Source: an uncultured Gemmatimonadaceae bacterium
GTDB lineage: Bacteria; Gemmatimonadota; Gemmatimonadetes; Gemmatimonadales; GWC2-71-9
Direction: 5' to 3'
DNA: 64,000 bases
NCBI GenBank assembly: GCA_964421625.1
Contig: CAYQXR010000001.1
Span: 40,756-104,755 of the forward strand
The stretch's first letter is position 1; the number at the start of each line of letters is the position of its first letter. Below, piece after piece: positions 1-9,284 of the stretch. The notes under the pieces are model-generated. The model did not search any database. It saw only the letters and a list, made by a program, of their open reading frames with translations, and had not been told where the DNA came from. Both the position numbers and the translations under genes were made by a program.

Positions 1-1
1 G

Positions 2-1297
2 ATCGCCTTCACGCCGAGCACTGATCGGCTGGAACTGGGTGAAACGGGTGGTACGCTCACCATGCGGGGCAGCACCAGCGGGTACACCATCGACCTGACC
101 TGGACCTTCTACCCCGACGACTACCACTACCTCGTCAGCGGCCAGGTGACCGGGTTCGGCTCCATCGGGGCCACCCTCCTGCTCGATCTCGGCAACGGCT
201 TCCGCGACACCGAGGCGAACGTCGCGGAGAACCACCGCGAGAGCGGCATCGTCACCAAGTTCACCAAGTCGGAGCTGCGGCGCTTCAGCAGCTTCACGCC
301 GCTCGAAACCGAGCAGCTCGCCGGGCCCTTCGAGTGGGTGGCGGTCAAGTCCAAGTACTTCGTGGCGGGTCTCTTCGCCTCCGATTCGACGGCCCTCGAA
401 GGTGCGCGCGGCCGCATCGCCTCGGTGCGGGTGCGCCCGGCCGACACGCTGCCCGACAAGCCGATCCGCGCCGAAGCCGTGGCCTCGCTGAATGTGCCGG
501 CGCAGGGCGGCTTCGCCTACCAGGTCTATCTCGGCCCGATGGAGTACGACCGGCTGACAGCCATGGGCTACTCCTTCGACGACGTGAACCCCTACGGCTT
601 CGCCTGGATCCGCGGTATCGTCCGGCCCTTCGCCGTGGCCATCCGCGGCGTCTTCCTCGGCATGAAGAACACGCTCGGCATCGGCTTCGGTGCGGTCATC
701 ATTCTGTTCGGTGTGATGGTCCGGCTGCTGCTCTGGCCCCTGAACCAGAAGGCGATGCGGTCGATGACCGCGATGCAGGCCATCCAGCCGCAGTTGCAGG
801 CCCTGCAGGAGCGCTACAAGCAGGATCCGCAGCGGCTGCAGCAGGAGATGTTCAAGATCTACCGGGAGCACAAGGTCAACCCGCTCGGTGGGTGCTGGCC
901 GATGCTGCTGCCCTATCCGTTCCTGGTGGCGGTGTTCTTCGTGCTGCAGAACACCATCGAGCTGCGTGGCGAGTCCTTCCTCTGGATGCCCGATCTCTCG
1001 CGCATGGATCCGACCTTCATCATCCCCATCCTGATGGCCGTCTCGATGTTCGGGATGTCGTGGGTGGCGCAGCGCGGCATGGCGCCGAACCAACAGGCGA
1101 AGATGATGATGTATCTGATGCCGGCGATCTTCCTGGCAATGTTCTGGAGCTTCGCGTCGGGGCTGAATCTGTACTACCTGACCCAGAACCTGGCCTCGAT
1201 TCCCCAGCAGCTCCTGATCAACCGCGAGCGGCGGGCACTGATGGAGGCGCAGCAGGGCGGCGGCGGTCGCAAGGTCGAAGTCCGCACCAAGGCCTGA
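2..1297 (+). CDS. yidC: membrane protein insertase YidC (5' end cut by window edge)
   Basis: The frame is open back to base 2, so the ATG at 62 is internal. The C-terminal insertase core reads WPLNQKAMRSMTAMQAIQPQLQALQERYKQDPQRLQQEMFKIYREHKVNPLGGCWPMLLPYPF and is followed by multiple TM segments. mnmE follows directly, as in the conserved yidC-mnmE neighbourhood. Confidence 0.95.
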   Translation: MAFTPSTDRLELGETGGTLTMRGSTSGYTIDLTWTFYPDDYHYLVSGQVTGFGSIGATLLLDLGNGFRDTEANVAENHRESGIVTKFTKSELRRFSSFTPLETEQLAGPFEWVAVKSKYFVAGLFASDSTALEGARGRIASVRVRPADTLPDKPIRAEAVASLNVPAQGGFAYQVYLGPMEYDRLTAMGYSFDDVNPYGFAWIRGIVRPFAVAIRGVFLGMKNTLGIGFGAVIILFGVMVRLLLWPLNQKAMRSMTAMQAIQPQLQALQERYKQDPQRLQQEMFKIYREHKVNPLGGCWPMLLPYPFLVAVFFVLQNTIELRGESFLWMPDLSRMDPTFIIPILMAVSMFGMSWVAQRGMAPNQQAKMMMYLMPAIFLAMFWSFASGLNLYYLTQNLASIPQQLLINRERRALMEAQQGGGGRKVEVRTKA

Positions 1298-1299
1298 CC

Positions 1300-2625
1300 G
1301 TGCTGGCGGATACCATCGTGGCCATCGCCACCCCCCCGGGTTCGGGGGCGGTGGCGATGGTGCGTTTGGCCGGTCCCGCCGCCTTCCACATCGCCGCCCG
1401 GGTCACGCCGGGGTTCGATCCGCTGCGCGCGCGCGAGGCCCGGCTGCTGTCCCCCTGCGACGCCAACGGACGGGTGCTCGATCGGGCGCTGGTGACCGCC
1501 TTTCCCGCGCCGCACTCCTTTACGGGCGAGGACACCGTCGAGTGGTCGACCCACGGAGGGGCGCTGGTGCCGGCCCAGGTGCTCAATGCCTGCCTCGCTG
1601 CCGGGGCGCGCCTGGCGCTGCCGGGCGAGTTCACCGCCCGCGCCGTGCGGCACGGCAAGGTGGATCTGCTGCAGGCCGAGGCCATTGGCGACCTGATTGC
1701 GGCAACGGCCCCGCGTCAGGCAGAGCAGGCGCTGCACCAGCTCGATGGCGGACTGTCGCGCCGGGTCGGTGCGCTGCGCGAGGCGCTGCTCGACGCGGAA
1801 GCTTTGCTGGCCTATGCCATCGACTTTCCCGACGAGGACGATGGCCCCATCGATCCGGTGCGACCGAGCGCCGCCCTCGCGGCCATCGAGGCTCTGCTGG
1901 CCGGGCTGCTGGCCACGGCGCCTGACGGGGAGCGGGTCCGGCGTGGGGCGCTGGTAGTACTGGCTGGTCCGCCGAATGCCGGGAAGTCGTCGCTGTTCAA
2001 CGCGCTGCTCGGGCGCGAGCGGGCCCTGGTGACGGAAGTGGCCGGCACCACCCGCGATGCCATCGAGGCCGATACCACCATCGCCGGGTGGCCGCTGCGC
2101 CTGGTCGATACGGCCGGTCTGCGCACCGCTTCCGATCGGCTTGAACAGATGGGAATCGAAGTCTCGCGCCGCTATCTGGCGCAGGCGGATCTGGTGCTTT
2201 TCTGCCGGAGCGATGAAGCGCCGGTGCCTGAGGACCTCTTTGATCGACCGGTACTCCAGGTGTGGACCAAGGCCGACCTGCTGCCCGATGTCGCGGCGGG
2301 AACGCCTGACGGCGCCATCCGGGTCTCGATCCAGGATGGGACCGGGCTGGCCCGGCTCCGGGACGCGCTGATCGCCCAGCTCTTCGCCACGCCGCGCCGT
2401 TCCCAGGGCGACGAGGCCCTGGTCACCTCGGAGCGGCAGCGCCTCGGACTCAACGCCGCGCTGGCCGCTGTGCAGGCCGCGCAACCCCAGCTTGTTTCCG
2501 GCGAGGTCGTGCTGGCCGCCCACGAACTGCGGCAGGCGACCGCCGCGCTCGATATGCTGATTGGATTGGTGGATCGTGAGGAAGTCTTCGCCCGCGTCTT
2601 CGCAGGATTCTGTGTCGGGAAGTAA
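1300..2625 (+). CDS. mnmE: tRNA uridine-5-carboxymethylaminomethyl modification GTPase MnmE
   Basis: GTG at 1300, 3 nt after the yidC stop; the 334 start in the track is an off-gene extension. N-terminus is DTIVAIATPPGSGAVAMVRL. G-domain motifs are GPPNAGKSSLFN, DTAGLR and TKADL. The C-terminus FCVGK is the MnmE CxGK motif. Confidence 0.95.
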   Translation: MLADTIVAIATPPGSGAVAMVRLAGPAAFHIAARVTPGFDPLRAREARLLSPCDANGRVLDRALVTAFPAPHSFTGEDTVEWSTHGGALVPAQVLNACLAAGARLALPGEFTARAVRHGKVDLLQAEAIGDLIAATAPRQAEQALHQLDGGLSRRVGALREALLDAEALLAYAIDFPDEDDGPIDPVRPSAALAAIEALLAGLLATAPDGERVRRGALVVLAGPPNAGKSSLFNALLGRERALVTEVAGTTRDAIEADTTIAGWPLRLVDTAGLRTASDRLEQMGIEVSRRYLAQADLVLFCRSDEAPVPEDLFDRPVLQVWTKADLLPDVAAGTPDGAIRVSIQDGTGLARLRDALIAQLFATPRRSQGDEALVTSERQRLGLNAALAAVQAAQPQLVSGEVVLAAHELRQATAALDMLIGLVDREEVFARVFAGFCVGK

Positions 2626-3823
2626 CCCTGCGCCGGTCGGGCCGATCGCCCGGGTGCGTCGCTCCACGGTGCGCCGCATCGTGCTGTGGTGCTCTGCCTT
2701 GGTGGGCGGACTCGCCGCGCTGGTCGTGGCCAGCGCCTGGCAGGCGCTGGGGCGGCTGCCCTCCACCGAAGACCGAGCCCGGTTCGCCGCATCACCGCAG
2801 TATCTGGACGGACGCTTCGTCAATCCGCTGCCCCGCACCATGCCCACCATGCTGCCGCTGCTGCGGCGCTGGTTCTTCGAGAAGACGCCGAATGCTGCGC
2901 CGTCGGCCTTGCCACCGGTTGAGCGTCGCACCGCCGTGGACTTCGCCACTGAGGCCACGGCGGGTCGGGTGACGTGGTTGGGTCATTCCACGCTCCTGAT
3001 CGAAATCGAACAGCAGCGGGTGTTGATCGATCCCGTGTGGGGCGAACGTGCCTCGCCCAGCCCGGCCTTCGGTGTGGGCCGCTTCTACGCGCCGCCGCTG
3101 GCCTGGGAGGATCTCCCGGCGCTGGATGCCGTGGTCATCTCCCACGATCACTACGACCACCTGGACTACCCGACCATCCGGCGGTTCGCCGAGCAGGCCA
3201 GTCTGCCGCGCTTTATCGTCCCGCTGGGCGTGGGCGCGCGGTTGCAGGGCTGGGGCATTCCAGTCGACCGGATCACCGAACTTGACTGGTGGGACGAAAC
3301 CGCCCTCGGTGCCCTCCGGATCGTGGCGACACCCTCGCGCCATTTCTCCGGTCGGACACCGTGGGACGAGGACCGCACACTCTGGGCGGGCTATGCCTTC
3401 ATCGGGACCGAGCAGCGGCTGTTCTACAGCGGCGACACCGCCATGTCACCGCATTTCACTGCCATCGGTGAGCGGCTCGGGCCCTTCGACCTCACCATGA
3501 TCGAGATCGGCGCCTACGATCAGGCCTGGCCCGACGTGCATCTCGGGCCGGAACAGGCCGTCGAAGCGCATCAGATGGTCCGCGGTGCCGTGCTGCTGCC
3601 GGTGCATTGGGGCCTCTTCTCGCTGGCCTTCCACGGCTGGACCGAACCGATCGAGCGGACGCTGGCCGCCGCCACTGCCGTGGGAGTGACCCTGGTGACA
3701 CCGCAGCCCGGCGGGTCGGTCAGTCTGGCGGATCTGTCGACATCACACCAGGCCCGCTGGTGGCCAACCCTCCCCTGGCGTACCAGCCAGGAGCAGCCGA
3801 TCCGCTCCACCGGGCTCGACTGA
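2612..3823 (+). CDS. MBL-fold metallo-hydrolase (NAPE-PLD-like), N-terminal membrane anchor
   Basis: Contains the HDHYDHLD metallo-beta-lactamase motif (VVISHDHYDHLDYPTI) and an N-terminal TM segment (IVLWCSALVGGLAALVVASAW). The start is ambiguous: ATG 2561, GTG 2612 (preceded by AGGA) or GTG 2654. Confidence 0.8.
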   Translation: MSGSNPAPVGPIARVRRSTVRRIVLWCSALVGGLAALVVASAWQALGRLPSTEDRARFAASPQYLDGRFVNPLPRTMPTMLPLLRRWFFEKTPNAAPSALPPVERRTAVDFATEATAGRVTWLGHSTLLIEIEQQRVLIDPVWGERASPSPAFGVGRFYAPPLAWEDLPALDAVVISHDHYDHLDYPTIRRFAEQASLPRFIVPLGVGARLQGWGIPVDRITELDWWDETALGALRIVATPSRHFSGRTPWDEDRTLWAGYAFIGTEQRLFYSGDTAMSPHFTAIGERLGPFDLTMIEIGAYDQAWPDVHLGPEQAVEAHQMVRGAVLLPVHWGLFSLAFHGWTEPIERTLAAATAVGVTLVTPQPGGSVSLADLSTSHQARWWPTLPWRTSQEQPIRSTGLD

Positions 3824-3843
3824 CAGCCGGGGCCGCGCAGGCC

Positions 3844-4434
3844 TCAGGTCGCGGGTGAGGTCGTGTCGGTGCCGCGCCAGGGCTGCGGCAGGTCCTGCAT
3901 CTGCCAGCGCCGGACGGCGCGCTGGAAGAACAGCGAGTTCGGCACCTGGAGCACGCTGCCGGTCAACTGCCCGGCGCCGTCGATCTCCTCCAGCGTGGTG
4001 AAGATCAAATTGATGTCGCGCACGCGGCCCTTCATTGTCGGCTTGTCGCTGCTCTCCATCAGCTCGATGTAGTCGAGCAGCCGGAACAGTCGCGTGGCGA
4101 AGATCAGCATGCTGCAGAAGATGTTGGACAGGACGCTCCAGGCGGCGAAGAACGCCACGGCCGCCACGGCCGCGAAGCCGGTGAAGGCGGTCCACAGCAC
4201 GCTGCCCGACACGCCGAGCTGCTCCAGAATCACCAGCGTCGCTGCCATGTAGATCAGGAACGCCGACACCCGGCGTGCGCCGACCAGCAGGGCCTGGTGG
4301 AGGGCGTAGCCTTGCCCCACCCGCTGAATGAGCCGCCAGGACAGGCGCTGGAGAATCAGGGCCACTCCGATGGTGGCGAGCGGAACCAATACGTCGACCC
4401 ACTGCCGGGGCCAGGAGGGAAGGGGGGTATCCAT
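3844..4434 (-). CDS. small mechanosensitive ion channel (MscS family) protein
   Basis: Three N-terminal TM segments are followed by an MscS beta-domain signature (DYIELMESSDKPTMKGRVRDINLIFTTLEE...VLQVPNSLFF). Confidence 0.75.
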   Translation of the reverse strand: MDTPLPSWPRQWVDVLVPLATIGVALILQRLSWRLIQRVGQGYALHQALLVGARRVSAFLIYMAATLVILEQLGVSGSVLWTAFTGFAAVAAVAFFAAWSVLSNIFCSMLIFATRLFRLLDYIELMESSDKPTMKGRVRDINLIFTTLEEIDGAGQLTGSVLQVPNSLFFQRAVRRWQMQDLPQPWRGTDTTSPAT

Positions 4435-4474
4435 GGGCGCGAAAGGTACCCCGATCCCGCAGCTTGCCAGAAGA

Positions 4475-4490
4475 TTTAGTCCCGTCTAAA
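4475..4490. promoter_or_regulatory. AT-rich inverted repeat TTTAG-N6-CTAAA, candidate metalloregulator operator
   Basis: gaTTTAGtcccgtCTAAAc lies 10 nt upstream of the ATG (4500) of the metal ABC importer. It is a conspicuously AT-rich palindrome in a GC-rich intergenic region. Confidence 0.35.
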
Positions 4491-4499
4491 CTTCCTGCC

Positions 4500-5465
4500 A
4501 TGAGCAACCTGATCCGGCCCCGGTGGTGGGGCGTGCTGGTCGTGGCGGTGGCCCTGGCGGGCTGTGGCCGCGGCAATGCCCGGGAGGGTGTGGTTGAGGC
4601 CGTCCAGATCTCGGACCGGCCCGTGCGGGTGGTCACCACCACCAACTTCGTCACCGATCTGGTGCGGGAGGTCGGCGGTGATCGGGTCGAGGTTTACGGC
4701 CTCATGGGTGCCGGGGTGGATCCGCATCTCTACAAGGCCAGCGCGGGCGATGTCGGTCGCCTTGAGGCCGCCGATCTGATCGTCCAGGTGGGGCTCCATC
4801 TGGAGGCCCGGCTGGGCGAGGTGCTGCATCGGCTTGGCGCGTCGCGCACCGTGGTGGCTGTCGGGGATTCGCTCGACAGCACCCGTCTGATCCGACTCAC
4901 GGCGGAGGAGCGCGGCGGTGGCGCCGAGTACGATCCGCACATCTGGTTCGACACCGACCTGTGGGCCGGAACGCCGACCGTGGTGGCAGAAGCGCTGGGC
5001 CGGCTCGATACGCTGCACGCCGAAGCGTACCGCGCCCGCGCCCGCGCATACGCCGACCGGATCCGGGCGGCGGGAGTGGCCGCAGCGGAGCAGTTGGCGG
5101 CCATCCCGCAGGAGCGCCGAGTACTGGTCACCTCGCATGACGCCTTCCGCTACTTCAGCCGGCGGTTTGCTGTCGACGTGGAACCGATTCAGGGCATCAG
5201 CACCGTGGCCGAGGCCACCACGGCCGATGTCGATCGGGTGGCGGCGCTGATTGCTGCGCGGGGGGTCCGGGCCGTCTTCATCGAGTCGAGTGTGCCGCGT
5301 CAGACCATCGATGCCGTGATGGCGGCCGCGCGCCGCCGGGGGGCCACGGTGGCCCTGGGTGGCGAACTCTTCGGCGATGCGGCCGGCGATGCCGGGACAC
5401 CCAGCGGCACCTATCTCGGCATGCTGGCGCACAATGTCATGGTGATTGCGCAGGGGCTGCGCTGA
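4500..5465 (+). CDS. metal (Mn/Fe/Zn) ABC transporter substrate-binding lipoprotein, TroA/SitA/MntC family
   Basis: Lipoprotein signal MSNLIRPRWWGVLVVAVALAGCG. Cluster-9 SBP features include DPHLY, DPHIWFD and SHDAFRYF. The TTG at 4464 in the track is an upstream extension. Confidence 0.9.
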   Translation: MSNLIRPRWWGVLVVAVALAGCGRGNAREGVVEAVQISDRPVRVVTTTNFVTDLVREVGGDRVEVYGLMGAGVDPHLYKASAGDVGRLEAADLIVQVGLHLEARLGEVLHRLGASRTVVAVGDSLDSTRLIRLTAEERGGGAEYDPHIWFDTDLWAGTPTVVAEALGRLDTLHAEAYRARARAYADRIRAAGVAAAEQLAAIPQERRVLVTSHDAFRYFSRRFAVDVEPIQGISTVAEATTADVDRVAALIAARGVRAVFIESSVPRQTIDAVMAAARRRGATVALGGELFGDAAGDAGTPSGTYLGMLAHNVMVIAQGLR

Positions 5466-6206
5466 ATGCACCCGGCCGTCACCATCCGTGATCTCACCGC
5501 GGGATACGGCCGCCACATCGCCATCCGCGACATCACGGTAGACATTCCGGCCGGGCGCCTGGTGGGCCTGGTGGGGCCCAACGGCAGCGGGAAGTCCACT
5601 TTGCTCAAGTGCATCGTGGGAACCCACCGGCCCATGCGCGGGACCATCGAGGTGCTGGGCGAGTCGCAGCGGGCGGCGCGACGCCTCATCGCCTACGTCC
5701 CCCAGCGCAATGAAGTCGAACGCGACTTTCCCATCACCGTGCGCGAAGTGGTGGCCCTGGGGCGTCACGGCGAACGCGGTTGGTTCCGCCGTCTGACTGC
5801 CGACGATCAGCGGATGATCGAGGCCGCGCTCAGGCGCACCGGCCTCGAGGACCTGGCCGACCGCGCCATCGATGCACTGTCGGGCGGACAGTTGCAGCGC
5901 ACCTTCGTGGCACGGGCCCTGGCGCAGGACCGGCCGATCTTCGTGCTGGACGAGCCGTTCGTGGGCATCGACGTTGCCACCGAGGCGGCGCTGTTCGATC
6001 TCCTCGCCGAACTGCGTGACAGCGGTCGTTCGATTCTGGTGGTCCACCACGATCTCGCCGATGTGCGGGAACGTTTCGACCACTGTCTGCTGCTCGACGG
6101 GCGTCTGCTGGATCAGGGCCCGCCCGCCACGGTGCTGGCGCCCGACCAGGTCTTCCGGATCTTTTCGGGACATCGCCACCGCGACGAACCCGACACCGAG
6201 CCATGA
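5466..6206 (+). CDS. metal ABC transporter ATP-binding protein
   Basis: Walker A GPNGSGKST, signature LSGGQLQR and Walker B IFVLDEP. It starts 1 nt after the SBP stop. Confidence 0.93.
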   Translation: MHPAVTIRDLTAGYGRHIAIRDITVDIPAGRLVGLVGPNGSGKSTLLKCIVGTHRPMRGTIEVLGESQRAARRLIAYVPQRNEVERDFPITVREVVALGRHGERGWFRRLTADDQRMIEAALRRTGLEDLADRAIDALSGGQLQRTFVARALAQDRPIFVLDEPFVGIDVATEAALFDLLAELRDSGRSILVVHHDLADVRERFDHCLLLDGRLLDQGPPATVLAPDQVFRIFSGHRHRDEPDTEP

Positions 6207-7093
6207 TCGCCAGGCTCCTCGATCTGCTCCCGCTGGGATACAGTGAAGCGGTCGTGGTGCTCGGCGCGGCGACCATCGGATTCCTGGCCGGGCTGGTCGG
6301 CTGTCTCGCCGTGCTGCGGCGCCGAGCCATGGTCGGCGATGCCATGGCGCACGCGGCGCTGCCCGGTGTCTGTCTGGCCTTTCTCCTGACGGGGGGCAGC
6401 AAGGCTCCGGCTGCGTTGCTGGGCGGTGCTCTGGTTGCGGGTCTCGTCGCGGCCACGCTGGTGGTGCTGCTGGAACGGCGCCGGCTGCTGCCCGCCGACG
6501 CCGCCATCGGCGTGGTGCTGAGTGTCGCGTTCTCGCTGGGGATTGTGCTGCTGACCCTGATCGCGCGCCGCCCCGGCGCCGACCAGGCGGGTCTTGAGCG
6601 CTACCTCTTCGGGCAGGCCGCCGGTCTGCTCGAGCGCGACATCGTCACCATGCTGCTGATGCTGGGCGTGGCGCTGGCGCTGCTGGTGCTGCTGCGACAT
6701 CCGCTGCGGGCCGTGCTCTTCGATCGCGGGTTCGCGGCGAGCACGGGCCTGGCCGTGACGGCCGTCGATCTGGCGGCGACGGTGCTGCTGGTGATCGCCA
6801 CGGTGACTGGCTTGCAGGTGGTCGGCGCCATTCTGATGGTGGCGCTGCTGGTTGCTCCCGCCATCGCGGCGCGCCAGTGGGTCCGCACCCTCCGCGCCAT
6901 GCTGCCGCTGGCCGGCGCACTCGGCGCGCTGATTGGCGCAAGCGGCGCGCTCATTGCCTCGCGCCTGGGTGTGCCCACCGGCCCGGTGATCGTGCTGGTG
7001 GCAGCACTCGTGGCGGCGGTGTCGCTGCTGGTGGCGCCGCAGCGCGGTGTGCTGGCGCAACTGCGTCTGCGCCGCCGACTGGCGGACCGATGA
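6203..7093 (+). CDS. metal ABC transporter permease (SitC/MntC-like)
   Basis: Polytopic ABC-3 family permease with a 4-nt overlap with the ATPase gene. Confidence 0.9.
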   Translation: MIARLLDLLPLGYSEAVVVLGAATIGFLAGLVGCLAVLRRRAMVGDAMAHAALPGVCLAFLLTGGSKAPAALLGGALVAGLVAATLVVLLERRRLLPADAAIGVVLSVAFSLGIVLLTLIARRPGADQAGLERYLFGQAAGLLERDIVTMLLMLGVALALLVLLRHPLRAVLFDRGFAASTGLAVTAVDLAATVLLVIATVTGLQVVGAILMVALLVAPAIAARQWVRTLRAMLPLAGALGALIGASGALIASRLGVPTGPVIVLVAALVAAVSLLVAPQRGVLAQLRLRRRLADR

Positions 7094-7929
7094 CGCACGG
7101 TGCCTGGATCACCCTCGTTGCCGGCCTGGTCGCGACCGGTTGCGCGCTGCTGGGGGCCCTGCTGGTGGTGCGGCGGCAGGCGCTCCTGACCGATGCCGTC
7201 AGTCACGCCGTGCTCCCGGGGATTGTCGTGGCCTGGCTGGTGACGGGGTCGCGGCATCCGGTCGGCATGGTGCTCGGCGCCGGGGCTTTCGCGGTGCTCT
7301 GCGTGCTGCTGGTCGAGCTGCTCGAACGCACCCATCTGGTCCGCTCCGACGGTGCCATCGGCCTGGTCTTCCCCACCCTCTTTTCGCTCGGTGTGCTCGG
7401 ACTCACCCGCTGGGCCGACAACATCCATCTCGATCTGGACGCGACCATCTACGGTGAGATCGCCTTCATCACTTTCGATCGCGTGACCGTGGCCGGTCTC
7501 GATGTGCCGCGGGCGGCCATCGTGGCTGCGGTGGTGGCGCTGGCGGATCTGCTGCTGGTCGGCATCGGCTGGCGGGTGGTGCGGGCAGCCTCGTTCGATG
7601 CGGGATTTGCCGCATCAGTGGGCGTGCCGGTGCGGCTGGTCGGGCGCCTGCTGCTGGTGGCCACCGCGATCACGGCGGTGGTGGCCTTCGAGGCCGTCGG
7701 CGCCATTCTGGTCATCACCCTGTTCATGGTCCCGGCCGCGACGGGGCTGCTGATCGGGCGTCGGCTGATCCATGTGGTGGGCATTGCCGTGCTGACCGGC
7801 TGGCTCGCCGCGATCGGCGGGTGGCAGGCGGCGGTGCGCTGGGATGTCTCGATCGCCGGCGCCATGGGCGTGACGGCGGGTGTGCTGTGCGTGCTGGGCG
7901 TGGGATGGCGGGTGGGGAGTCGGGGGTGA
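7090..7929 (+). CDS. metal ABC transporter permease (SitD/MntD-like)
   Basis: ATG at 7090 overlaps the upstream stop (ATGA). It is paralogous to the preceding permease (LTDAVSHAVLPG motif). The track start at 6877 is an out-of-gene extension. Confidence 0.9.
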   Translation: MTHGAWITLVAGLVATGCALLGALLVVRRQALLTDAVSHAVLPGIVVAWLVTGSRHPVGMVLGAGAFAVLCVLLVELLERTHLVRSDGAIGLVFPTLFSLGVLGLTRWADNIHLDLDATIYGEIAFITFDRVTVAGLDVPRAAIVAAVVALADLLLVGIGWRVVRAASFDAGFAASVGVPVRLVGRLLLVATAITAVVAFEAVGAILVITLFMVPAATGLLIGRRLIHVVGIAVLTGWLAAIGGWQAAVRWDVSIAGAMGVTAGVLCVLGVGWRVGSRG

Positions 7930-7979
7930 GGGTGTGGGTCAGGTAGAATCGCGTCACGCCATTGTGATCGACCCACAGC

Positions 7980-8109
7980 GTAGGGGCGACCGGCGGTCGC
8001 CCGTCTCACACCCTCTCACGCGCTCGCGGCTGACGTAGGGGCGACCGGCTGGTCGCCCGTCTCGCGCAAAACGTAGGGGCGTAGGGGCGACCGGCTGGTC
8101 GCCCGGTCC
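7980..8109 (+). repeat. REP-like palindromic element cluster (3 copies of GTAGGGGCGACCGG[C/CT]GGTCGCCC)
   Basis: Copies start at 7980, 8035 and 8081. Each core is a GGGCGACC/GGTCGCCC hairpin. The segment 8035..8109 recurs at 9179..9252. Confidence 0.85.
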
Positions 8110-8110
8110 C

Positions 8111-8881
8111 TCACCGACCCCCGCGCCCGAGGGTGTCCCCAACCCGCTTCACCGGGGCGATTCTGGCGCAAACGGCGGCCGGCTGGTACCAGCCTTCCAG
8201 GCAGGCCGCCCGGCTCAGTTGCAACCCCGCCGAGTAGGTCAGGTGTCCCCCCTGGGGCGTCTGCGGCCAGGTGCCCTCCCAGATCCGCTTCAGCCCGGCC
8301 CGCACCAGGTCCAGTTCCGCCGCCGTCGTCGGGCGCTGGTTGATCATGCCAGGCTCCCAGGCCTGGTACAGCGCCAGGGTTGCATTGCCCGCAGTCACCG
8401 TATCGGGCTGGAGGGCCTTCCGCACCAAGTAGTCGATTGCTGAAGGGAGTGGCCCAACGCCGAGGAGTTGCCGCATCACCGACCGGGCGATGCGGGGCTC
8501 GTCAGTTTGCTCGACAATCCGGATCAGCTGCGCCTGCGCCCCGGCGTAGGGCACCCCTCCCTCCTCGGGCCGCCCACTGAACACGAGGGATTCGATGGGG
8601 TACAGCGCGGCGATAAACCGATCATTGGCCGACGTGGCGACCGGACGGAGCACGCGCTGCACCAGGGAATCGGCGATGGCATCCAGCACAGTGGCGGGGA
8701 GAGGGCCCCGAACCTGCCGCAGAGCTGCGTTCGATCCGAGTCCCCGCATCACAGCCGCCGCCGAGGAGTCCTCCCAGCGGGCCAGCCAAGAGCGGGCGTC
8801 CTGGGCAGAGGCCGAACTGACCAGGGTGGTTGCCCAGGCGAGCACCAGCGCGAGTCGACCAACGAAACGCGCGGCGGGCAT
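8111..8881 (-). CDS. hypothetical secreted protein
   Basis: Signal peptide MPAARFVGRLALVLAWATTLVSSASAQ starting from the ATG at 8881. Coding-like composition. No motif I can name. Confidence 0.55.
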   Translation of the reverse strand: MPAARFVGRLALVLAWATTLVSSASAQDARSWLARWEDSSAAAVMRGLGSNAALRQVRGPLPATVLDAIADSLVQRVLRPVATSANDRFIAALYPIESLVFSGRPEEGGVPYAGAQAQLIRIVEQTDEPRIARSVMRQLLGVGPLPSAIDYLVRKALQPDTVTAGNATLALYQAWEPGMINQRPTTAAELDLVRAGLKRIWEGTWPQTPQGGHLTYSAGLQLSRAACLEGWYQPAAVCARIAPVKRVGDTLGRGGR

Positions 8882-9178
8882 GTGGACTTCCTGGCGGTCA
8901 GACGGCATGACGAAGGGTACCGCCAGGCGTGCTGGCAGGCAACGGACCGCGGGCTCCGTCTCGAGAACGAGTGACTCAGCCCAGTCGGCAGCCTACTGGT
9001 GCTTCCGCCCTCCACCCCAGTTGTTGGCGCGGGCATATCCTTCGAGTTGTACCCGGGTGTCGCCGTTCGGAATTACCCGAGAGGGGAACCCGAACTCATA
9101 TATGACCCTTGGGTTTGTCGGCTGAAGCCCCGATCAATCGTCTGGCGAGATCGTACCACCGCAATCGAACCGGCTGGC

Positions 9179-9252
9179 GTAGGGGCGACCGGCTGGTCGC
9201 CCGTCTCGCGCAAAACGTAGGGGCGTAGGGGCGACCGGCGGTTGCCCGGTCC
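9179..9252 (+). repeat. REP-like palindromic element pair (direct repeat of 8035..8109)
   Basis: The first 61 nt are identical to 8035..8095. The last palindrome is degenerate (ggcggttgccc). Confidence 0.85.
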
Positions 9253-9284
9253 TATCGGAATACCCCGCAGCAAACGCAAACCCC

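Noticed and set aside
8035-9252. The segment flanked by 75-bp repeats read as a composite mobile element.
   Set aside because: The flanking repeats are direct rather than inverted. No transposase or recombinase is enclosed, and no target-site duplication is visible. I kept it as a REP-associated recombination-prone segment.
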